Shown: piece by piece, positions 43,945 to 51,626 of the stretch | Numbering within the stretch: position 1 is the stretch's first letter | How the letters are laid out: every line of letters begins with the position of its first letter | NCBI GenBank assembly: GCA_963823665.1 | Contig: CAWGMQ010000006.1 | Coordinates: 1,440,001 to 1,504,000, forward strand | Direction of reading: 5' to 3' | From: an uncultured Planctomycetota bacterium | Lineage (GTDB): Bacteria > Planctomycetota > Planctomycetia > Isosphaerales > Isosphaeraceae | Length of the DNA: 64,000 nucleotides | Notes under the pieces: model-generated | Told to the model about the DNA's origin: nothing | Databases searched by the model: none | What the model saw: only the letters and a program-made list of their open reading frames with translations | Position numbers and translations under genes: made by a program

Positions 43945-45390
43945 ATGTCGGCTCTCGAAACCATCGTTCGCCGGTGGTCCGCAATCTCGCGATCGCTCTC
44001 GCAGTTCACCCCCGCCCTGCCTCCCCACGCCCGGCGCCGGCTGAGGCTCCGGCTGGAACGCCTTGAAGACCGCACGGTGCTTTCCAGCTTCAACCTGCCG
44101 GTGACATCGCTGGCCGATACCGGGCCGGGCACGCTACGCTCCGCAATCACCGAAGCCGACGCTGGCTCCGCTGCGCAAACGTACAACATCAAGTTCAAGG
44201 TGTCCGGTACGATCGCGCTGGAAAGTGCCTTGCCGGACCTGAGCGAGAGCATGAACTTGAGCGGTCCCGGCGCGAGCCGACTGACCGTGCAGCGCGATCC
44301 CAGAGCCTCCTCCTTTTTCGGCATCTTCGTGGTGGACCCAGGCGTGGCCGTCAAGATTTCTGGTATGACGATCGCCCATGGATTCTCAATTTACCTTGGT
44401 TCGGGCGCCGGCATCGACAACGCTGGGACGCTATCCGTCAGCCACACCACCATCTCCGACAACAGTAGCGACGGCGGCATCGACAACATCGGGACCCTCG
44501 CGGTCAGCCACAGCACCATCGCCGAGAACGCGGCCGAAGACGGCGGCGGCATCCACAACACCGGTTCGCTCACCGTCAGCTTCACGACCATCTCCCACAA
44601 CTACGCCGTCGGCGGCGGCTACGTCGCCGGCTATGGCGGCGGCATCGACAACACCGGGATGCTCACCGTCAAGCACTCGACCATCTTCGCCAATAACATT
44701 CCCGTCGAGATCAACGGACCACCGGTGCCGATCTATCCCGAGGGTGGCGGCGTCTACAACGGCACCACTGGGACGGTCAGCTTGAGCCGCACGACCATCT
44801 CCGGCAACTCGGCCGCATACTCGGGCGGCGGCATCGGCAACACGGGAACGCTCACCTTGAGCCACACGACGATCTCCGGCAACTCGGCCTTCTACTCCGG
44901 CGACGGCATCAATAACACCGGTACGCTCACCGTCAGCAACACCACGATCTCGCGCAACACCGGCGGCAGCGGCAACGTCGGCGGCGGCATCAACAACTCC
45001 GGGCCGCTCACCGTCAGCCACACCATCATCTCGGGCAACACCGGCGGCATCGGCAGCTTGGGCGCCGGCATCAACAACACCGGGCCGCTCACCATCAGCC
45101 TCAGCACGATCTCGGGCAACACTGACGCCCGCGGCAGCACCGGCGGCGGCATCAACAACACCGGGCCGCTCACCGTCAGCCGCACCACCATCTCACGCAA
45201 CTCGGCGACCACCGGCGGCGGCCTCTACAACAGCGGGGGAGCCCAGGCGGAAGTCGACTACTCGACGATCAACGACCCCGCCGGCGGAGGAATCGTGAAC
45301 AACAACGCCTCGATGCCGAATTACGGCAGCACCGTCCGCCTCAAGAAGACGGTGGTGGACGGTGTTTTCTACAAGCAATACGTTTACTGA
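43945..45390 (+). CDS. Secreted parallel beta-helix (Pmp-like GGGI repeat) protein
   Basis: Planctomycete leader RRRLRLRLERLEDRTVLS; VTSLADTGPGTLRSAI; about 10 GGGIxNxGxLTVSxxTISxN repeats. Confidence 0.88.
   Translation: MSALETIVRRWSAISRSLSQFTPALPPHARRRLRLRLERLEDRTVLSSFNLPVTSLADTGPGTLRSAITEADAGSAAQTYNIKFKVSGTIALESALPDLSESMNLSGPGASRLTVQRDPRASSFFGIFVVDPGVAVKISGMTIAHGFSIYLGSGAGIDNAGTLSVSHTTISDNSSDGGIDNIGTLAVSHSTIAENAAEDGGGIHNTGSLTVSFTTISHNYAVGGGYVAGYGGGIDNTGMLTVKHSTIFANNIPVEINGPPVPIYPEGGGVYNGTTGTVSLSRTTISGNSAAYSGGGIGNTGTLTLSHTTISGNSAFYSGDGINNTGTLTVSNTTISRNTGGSGNVGGGINNSGPLTVSHTIISGNTGGIGSLGAGINNTGPLTISLSTISGNTDARGSTGGGINNTGPLTVSRTTISRNSATTGGGLYNSGGAQAEVDYSTINDPAGGGIVNNNASMPNYGSTVRLKKTVVDGVFYKQYVY
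44986..45186 (+). repeat. Intragenic 81-bp tandem repeat (three near-identical units)
   Basis: GGCATCAACAAC(A/T)CCGGGCCGCTCACC starts at 44986, 45067 and 45148. Confidence 0.8.
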
Positions 45391-45432
45391 ATTTTTCTTT
45401 TCCTCCCAGGCATGTGCCGATCGGAACGCCCA

Positions 45433-47313
45433 ATGTCGACTTTCAAAACCATCGTAGGCCGGTGCTCCGCCATCTCGCGATCGCTCTTGCAGCTCGTCCC
45501 GGCCCGGCCTCGCCACTCCAGGCGGCGGCTGATGCTGGAACGTCTGGAGAGCCGAGTCGTGCCCGCCACGATCCTGGTCACGAGCTTGCTCGACGCGGGT
45601 CACGGCACGCTTCGGGCCGCGATCGAAAAGGCCAACCAGCACCCGCAGCATTCGGGCGGTCAAACGCACTCAGATACAATCAAGTTCTCGCCCTCGGTGA
45701 GGGGGACGATCGTTTTAGAGAGCCCACTGCCGGTCCTTTTGACCCATATTGTGATTTCCGGGCCCGGACCATCCTCGCTGACGGTGGCGCGTAGCGGCGC
45801 GCCGGTGACGCAGGAGTTCCGCATCTTCACCGTAGGGACAGGCGCCAGGATTGCGATGACCGGTCTGACCATCACGGGCGGAAGCGGCGCCGAAGGAGCA
45901 GGGATCAATAACGCCGGATCGCTAACACTAAAAAACATGTGGATCGTAGGCAACTCGGCCGTCGAACCCGGCTTTACCCAGGGACCCACTGTTGGGGGTG
46001 GGGTCGACAACACCGGCACGCTGTCAGTCACCGACTCCAGGTTCGACGACAACTCGGCCACCGGCACCAGCGGTGGCCTGTTCGGCGGCATGGCCTATGG
46101 GGGCGGAATCGCGAACTCCGGCAGGCTCTCGATCACCGGCGGCGCGTTCGTCAGCAATTCAGCCACGGGCGGGGAAGGCTCCCTGTTCGGCGGCGGCGGC
46201 TACGCCGATGGAGGCGGGATCGAGAACACCGGCCCTGGCCGGATGTCAGTCACCGGACACACCGAATTCATTGGCAACTCGGCCTTGGCCAGCATCGGTG
46301 GCGGCGGCGAGGCCCTGGGGGGTGCGATCGATAACTCCAGCATCCTCTCGATCACGCAGGCCACGTTCAGCTTCAACTCCGCCACCGGCGGTTCCCAAGG
46401 TTCCACGATATTCGGCGAAGCTTACGGCGGTGCGATCGAAAGCACCGGCACCGGCCCGATCAGCCGCTCCACGTTCAACGGCAACTCGGCCACGGGTGAT
46501 ACCGCCTATGGCGGCGCGATCGACTTCATCTTCGGCACGCTCTCGGTCACCGACTCCACCTTCAGCGGCAACGTGGCCAGGAGCGAGAGCGACAGTCTTG
46601 GCGACAGTTTCGGCGGCGGAATCTACAACGTGGGCACGCTGTCGGTCACGGGCTCGACATTCAGCGGCAACTTGGCCACGAACGGTTACGACGGTTACGG
46701 CGGTGGAATCGACAACGATGGCACGCTCTCGGTCACCAACTCCACGTTCAACGGCAACTCCGCGGCGGGTACTCACGGCAATTTCGGCGGCGGCATCGCC
46801 GACGGGGGCATCATGTCGCTAACCTATGTCACGGCAGACGATAATTCGGCCGCCACTGGCGGCGGCGTTGCGATCAACTTTGATTCTACAGCCGCCGGCA
46901 GCTCGATCGATAGCATCTTCCAGAATTCGCAGGGCGGAAACGTCTCTGTCGTCGCGGGCAGCTTCCGCTCCTTGGGCCACAACCTTTTTTCCGACGATCC
47001 CAACGTCAGCCTCGACCCCACCGACCTTGTCAACACCGACCCGCTTTTGAGCCCGCTCGAGAGCAACGGTGGGCTCACCCAGACTCAGGCCCTGCTTCCC
47101 GGGAGCCCCGCGATCAACAAGGGCATTTCCATTAAAGGCATCACAACCGATCAACGGGCAAGGCCCCGGCCACGCCATGGTTCCACGGACATCGGCGCGT
47201 TCCAGGTGCAACCCACTCTATTCGTTAAGAGTATCCGGGAGTTTGACTTCCCTCACCGACCCCCCGGTCTTGGTGCTGGCCCTCAACATGCTGCTCGACG
47301 TCTCTGGAGCTGA
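45433..47313 (+). CDS. Secreted parallel beta-helix protein with choice-of-anchor-Q domain (C-terminus probably frameshifted, possibly ending at 47410)
   Basis: RRRLMLERLESRVVPA leader; GGGI/GGAI repeats; SLGHNLFSD...NGGLTQTQALLPGSPAIN...TTDQR...DIGAFQ. Confidence 0.88.
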   Translation: MSTFKTIVGRCSAISRSLLQLVPARPRHSRRRLMLERLESRVVPATILVTSLLDAGHGTLRAAIEKANQHPQHSGGQTHSDTIKFSPSVRGTIVLESPLPVLLTHIVISGPGPSSLTVARSGAPVTQEFRIFTVGTGARIAMTGLTITGGSGAEGAGINNAGSLTLKNMWIVGNSAVEPGFTQGPTVGGGVDNTGTLSVTDSRFDDNSATGTSGGLFGGMAYGGGIANSGRLSITGGAFVSNSATGGEGSLFGGGGYADGGGIENTGPGRMSVTGHTEFIGNSALASIGGGGEALGGAIDNSSILSITQATFSFNSATGGSQGSTIFGEAYGGAIESTGTGPISRSTFNGNSATGDTAYGGAIDFIFGTLSVTDSTFSGNVARSESDSLGDSFGGGIYNVGTLSVTGSTFSGNLATNGYDGYGGGIDNDGTLSVTNSTFNGNSAAGTHGNFGGGIADGGIMSLTYVTADDNSAATGGGVAINFDSTAAGSSIDSIFQNSQGGNVSVVAGSFRSLGHNLFSDDPNVSLDPTDLVNTDPLLSPLESNGGLTQTQALLPGSPAINKGISIKGITTDQRARPRPRHGSTDIGAFQVQPTLFVKSIREFDFPHRPPGLGAGPQHAARRLWS

Positions 47314-47434
47314 ATTCCTTGTCTTCGCACCAATGGTGGCTGGAGCTCAGCACGAACTCGGCCCCATCGCAGCCTGGAATCTGACGACGAAGCAGGCATG
47401 CAAAACGTGAGGAGTACAAGAACTTTATGGCCAC

Positions 47435-47461
47435 TGCAACCTTTTTCGGGTTTCGGTATTA
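47435..47461 (+). promoter_or_regulatory. Probable ECF autoregulatory promoter
   Basis: TGCAACCTT-N12-GTATTA; recurs with identical spacing at 48139. Confidence 0.65.
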
Positions 47462-47530
47462 GTTACTAGCGAATGACGTGGGCGTATCGCCAGTTCCGTT
47501 CGCGGGGTTAACCGCCGGAGAATGGCCAGC

Positions 47531-48166
47531 ATGGCGGAACAAGCCGAGGACTTCGATGCTGCGGGCAGTCTGCTTGGGTCGTGGAGCAACGAAGCCGAGC
47601 TGGTTGAACGGGCGAGGACCCAGCCGGAGGCTTTCGGCCAGCTCTACGACCGCTACTACAGCGTCGTCCTCAATTACGTCTTTCGCCGTACCTTGGATGT
47701 AGCGTTGGCCGAAGAGTTAACCTCCAACACGTTCTTCAACGCCCTGCGGGCGCTGGGAGACTACGAGAACCGCGGAAAGTTCCTCGCCTGGCTCTATCGC
47801 ATCGCGGGCAACGAAATCAGGCTGAACTGGCGCGCACGGCGGAAACAGCATGAAGGCAAGGCCCGCTGGCGAGCCGAGCTGGGCCGTGTGCGATTCGCTA
47901 CCGACCGGGCGATCGCCACGGCAACGGAAGAGCTCGAAGAGCAGGCATGGCAGTTCGGCCGCCTCCATGAGGCGCTCAGTCGCTTGCCCGAGCGGTATCA
48001 GACGATCCTGGCACTGCGGTACTTCGAGTCGTTGTCGTGCGAAGAGGTCGCCCTAGTGGTCGGCACAAAGGTTGGAACCGTCAAGTCACTCATTCATCGG
48101 GGCCTCAAGCAGTTAAGGAGGCAATACGAGGGAGACCCTGCAACCTTCCAGCGGAACCTGCATTAA
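47531..48166 (+). CDS. ECF RNA polymerase sigma factor
   Basis: AFGQLYDRYY..V.NYVFRR, AEELTSNTF, FLAWLYRIA.N, LSRLPERYQTILALRYF, GTVKSLIHRG. Confidence 0.94.
   Translation: MAEQAEDFDAAGSLLGSWSNEAELVERARTQPEAFGQLYDRYYSVVLNYVFRRTLDVALAEELTSNTFFNALRALGDYENRGKFLAWLYRIAGNEIRLNWRARRKQHEGKARWRAELGRVRFATDRAIATATEELEEQAWQFGRLHEALSRLPERYQTILALRYFESLSCEEVALVVGTKVGTVKSLIHRGLKQLRRQYEGDPATFQRNLH
48139..48165 (+). promoter_or_regulatory. Second ECF-type promoter inside the 3' end of the sigma gene
   Basis: TGCAACCTT-N12-GCATTA, 24 nt upstream of ATG 48190. Confidence 0.6.
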
Positions 48167-48189
48167 CCTTTGCGGATGGAGTGAGAGCT

Positions 48190-49164
48190 ATGGAGCGTAT
48201 CGATTCGACCGAACGTCTGCTCAGGGACACACCCGTGCCACTGGTCGTGGAAGGCGTGCACCGAGAGCAGCTCAAACAGCGATTGCTCGCACACGCGCAA
48301 TCCGCACAGCCCAGGAGGAAAGGGATGATCAGGTTCGTGGGCGGGTTTTCCACCTTGAAGGTAGCGGCGACGCTTGCGGCGGTGATGATTCTCATTGGTA
48401 CCGGATGGGCAGCCGAGAAGATGTACGAGAAATTCTTTACCAAACTTTCGGTGACCCTGGAACGGTCACCGACGCGAGAGTGGAAGATTCCAGATGGCAG
48501 GAACCTGACCATCAGCCAGTTTATCATCACGGGCGTTGACTCCGACGACCCGAAGGCCGTTGAAACCGCCAAACGGCACCACGAGGAGATGAAGCAACTT
48601 CTCGCCCAGAAGAAATTTGACTTCATCCAGACTTCCGAGCTCATGGGCCGAAAGGAGTATGTGTATAAGTTCACGTTCGCTGACGGCAGCCACACCAATA
48701 TGAACTTTTCCATGCCTCTGGACAATGTCGTCTCATGGGAAGACTATCAGCAGAAGCAAGAACAAAAGCAGAAAGAGGGACAGGAGCAAATCAACAAGGC
48801 GCTCGCTGCCGGCCGGTTCCGCTTGATCGACACCGACGTGATTCTCATCCACATTTGCCGAGAGGTCGGCACGAACCAAAAATATCGAATCCATCGGATC
48901 GCCCTTCCCGATCGTGAGGAGAAGGCTCTTTATCGCGGGATCGCTCTGTATGTCCCATTCGATGTCGGGGCCGAAGAAAAGACACCGACGATGCCCCAGA
49001 CAAGCTGGCAGGACCACCTGGATGCGGTCCGCGACGGGAAATGGGAACTCTTGAGCGAGGAAACGATACCCTCATACCGGTACGAGGTGATTCTCGACGA
49101 CGGCTCCAAGACCATTTTCAACTACGGCGGCGGAAAGCCGCTCGAGAAGCCGCAAGCGAAGTAG
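48190..49164 (+). CDS. Putative single-TM anti-sigma factor with repeated extracytoplasmic domain
   Basis: Directly after the ECF gene; HREQLKQRLL N-terminal helix; TM VAATLAAVMILIGTGWAA; internal repeats. Confidence 0.65.
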   Translation: MERIDSTERLLRDTPVPLVVEGVHREQLKQRLLAHAQSAQPRRKGMIRFVGGFSTLKVAATLAAVMILIGTGWAAEKMYEKFFTKLSVTLERSPTREWKIPDGRNLTISQFIITGVDSDDPKAVETAKRHHEEMKQLLAQKKFDFIQTSELMGRKEYVYKFTFADGSHTNMNFSMPLDNVVSWEDYQQKQEQKQKEGQEQINKALAAGRFRLIDTDVILIHICREVGTNQKYRIHRIALPDREEKALYRGIALYVPFDVGAEEKTPTMPQTSWQDHLDAVRDGKWELLSEETIPSYRYEVILDDGSKTIFNYGGGKPLEKPQAK

Positions 49165-49262
49165 GCGCACCTCACCCTGAGCCTGACCCCGGGCCCGCGC
49201 CCCGCTTGACATCATGTTTCCCTTCGGCGAGCTTTGTTTTCTCCAACACGGGAGCATGATCC

Positions 49263-51626
49263 ATGTCCAGAGCGGCCAGACCACGCGAATTCCTCGAGCA
49301 TCGTCGGCGCTGCTTTGCCTGCTGGATATTTGTCTTCAGTCTGCTCGCGTGCCAGACCAGCACGCGGGTCGTCGCCCAGCCCGCCGTCGCCCCATCCGAC
49401 TCTTATCTCGACGTCGCCCACCGTCTCGAGCCCTGGATCTCCGCGGAAATCGGCCAGCACGGCATCCCCGCCCTGTCGATCGCACTGGTCGACGACCAGA
49501 AGATCGTCTGGGCCCGCGGCTTCGGCTTCTCTGACCCGGCGAAAAAAGTCCCAGCCACGGCGGAAACAGCCTACCGTGTCGGCTCGGTCTCCAAGCTGTT
49601 CACCGACCTGGCTGTCATGCAGTTGGTCGAGCAAGGCAAGATCGATCTGGATAAGCCGGTCTCCGACTACGTGCCGGAGTTCGCTCCCAGGAATCCCTAC
49701 AAGGTGGCCGTCACCCTGCGACAGCTCATGTCGCACCGCTCGGGCCTCGTGCGCGAGCCGCCCGCGGGCCACTACTTCGACCCGGCCCCGCCGTCGCTCG
49801 AACAGGTTGTCCGCAGCCTGGCCGGCACCACTCTTGTCTTCGAGCCCGGCACCCGCACCAAATACTCGAACGCGGGAATCACGGTCGTCGGCGCGGTCAT
49901 CGAGAAAGCCGGCAAAGAACCATTCGCCGCGCTCATTGACCGCGCTCTGTTCCGCCCGCTGGGCATGGACCATTCGAGCTTCCAGCCAGGTACGGAGCTC
50001 TCCGCGCAGATGGCACACGGGATGATGTGGACGTACGACGGCCAAACCGTGGCGACCCCAACTTTTCTGCTCGGCACCGGGCCCGCGGGCAACCTCGTAT
50101 CTTCGGTCCTCGACCTCGGCCGTTTTTTGAGCTTTCTGTTCGCCAGTGGTGCATCACCGCAAGGAAACCTGATCAAGCCCGAAACACTCCGCGCAATGAT
50201 CGAGCCCCAGCTCGCCAAACCCGGCGAGACGCCGGGCTTCGGCCTCGGCTTCGCGATCTCGAAACTGGAAAAACAGCGGCGGATTGGCCACGGCGGGGCG
50301 ATCTACGGATTTGCGACCGAGGTGCAGGCCCTGCCGGATGCCAAGCTCGGAGCCATCGTGGTCGCCACAGCCGATTGCGCCAACGGGTTCACCCAGCACG
50401 TCGCCGAAACGGCCCTGAGGATGATGCTCCAGAAGGGCGGGAACCTTCCCGCTCTCGAGTCGACAAAGCCACTCCCCGCGGGGCGGGCCGCTCAGCTCGC
50501 CGGCCGTTACAAGGAGGGCAACCACGCCTTTGAGTTGATCGAACAGAACGACAAGCTCTACATGACCGCGTGGAACGCAGCGCTGACCGTCGAGGTTCGA
50601 TCGCTCGGCGATTCACTTGTGATCGACGATCGCCTGGCCCACGGCGGCGAGCCACTGCACATCGATGCGCGAAATAAACAGCCCGATGTCAAGCCCGTCG
50701 ATTCGCCCGCTCGCTGGAGCGAGTTCATAGGCGAGTACGGCTGGGACCACGACGTCCTCTACATCCTGGAAAAGGACGGCAAGCTTCACGCGCTCATCGA
50801 GTGGTTCTTCGATTACCCGCTCGAGGAAGATGCGCCCGACCAGTTCCGCTTTCCAGACTTTGGCCTTTACGCAAGCGAGAAGATCATCTTTCACCGCGAC
50901 AGCCGCGGTAAGGTCAAGGACGCTGACGCGGCCAGCGTGGTCTTCGCGCGGCGCCGCCTGGACGGCGAGGACGGCAAGACCTTTCGGATCAGTCCGGTGC
51001 GGTCGCTCGAGGCGATACGGGCCGAGGCTGTTCGAGCGCAGCCACCCGAGGAATCTGGCTCTTTCAACAAGCCCGATCTGGTCGAGCTGACGGCGCTGGA
51101 TCCTGCAATCAAGCTGGATATCCGCTACGCCGGCGATAACAACTTTCTGAGCGCACCGGTGTACACCACGGCCAGGGCCTTCATGCAGCGCGGTGCGGCC
51201 GGAGCCCTCGTGCGTGCGCACCGCTCGCTCGGCAGGCAAGGTTACGGCCTCCTGATCCACGATGCCTATCGGCCCTGGAGCGTGACAAAGATCTTCTGGG
51301 ACGCCGTTCCCGAGTCAGGCCGGATCTTCGTCGCCGATCCGTCCAAAGGGTCGAAACACAACCGCGGCTCCGCGGTTGACTTGACGCTCTATGAGCTTGC
51401 GACCGGCAAGCCCGTGAAGATGGTCGGCGGCTACGACGAGTTCTCGCCGCGCTCGTTTCCGTACTATCCCGGAGGAACCTCGCTCGAGCGCTGGCACCGC
51501 CGGCTGTTGAAGATCGCCATGGAAGCCGAGGGGTTCACGGTTTTTGAGTTTGAGTGGTGGCACTTCGACCATCGCGATTGGGCGAAGTACCCGATCCTGA
51601 ATGTGCCGTTCGAGCTGATTCGCTGA
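49263..51626 (+). CDS. Serine hydrolase (class C beta-lactamase fold) fused to an M15D D-Ala-D-Ala dipeptidase (VanX/DdpX-like)
   Basis: Signal peptide; SVSK, YSN, GHGG; DAYRP, SKHNRGSAVD, EWWHFD. Confidence 0.92.
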   Translation: MSRAARPREFLEHRRRCFACWIFVFSLLACQTSTRVVAQPAVAPSDSYLDVAHRLEPWISAEIGQHGIPALSIALVDDQKIVWARGFGFSDPAKKVPATAETAYRVGSVSKLFTDLAVMQLVEQGKIDLDKPVSDYVPEFAPRNPYKVAVTLRQLMSHRSGLVREPPAGHYFDPAPPSLEQVVRSLAGTTLVFEPGTRTKYSNAGITVVGAVIEKAGKEPFAALIDRALFRPLGMDHSSFQPGTELSAQMAHGMMWTYDGQTVATPTFLLGTGPAGNLVSSVLDLGRFLSFLFASGASPQGNLIKPETLRAMIEPQLAKPGETPGFGLGFAISKLEKQRRIGHGGAIYGFATEVQALPDAKLGAIVVATADCANGFTQHVAETALRMMLQKGGNLPALESTKPLPAGRAAQLAGRYKEGNHAFELIEQNDKLYMTAWNAALTVEVRSLGDSLVIDDRLAHGGEPLHIDARNKQPDVKPVDSPARWSEFIGEYGWDHDVLYILEKDGKLHALIEWFFDYPLEEDAPDQFRFPDFGLYASEKIIFHRDSRGKVKDADAASVVFARRRLDGEDGKTFRISPVRSLEAIRAEAVRAQPPEESGSFNKPDLVELTALDPAIKLDIRYAGDNNFLSAPVYTTARAFMQRGAAGALVRAHRSLGRQGYGLLIHDAYRPWSVTKIFWDAVPESGRIFVADPSKGSKHNRGSAVDLTLYELATGKPVKMVGGYDEFSPRSFPYYPGGTSLERWHRRLLKIAMEAEGFTVFEFEWWHFDHRDWAKYPILNVPFELIR

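Noticed and set aside
44400..45240. AAC-rich near-identical repeats suggesting a DGR template/variable region or a CRISPR array
   Set aside because: They are in-frame Asn/Gly beta-helix coding repeats; differences are not adenine-specific, there are no unique spacers, and no RT or cas gene is in the window
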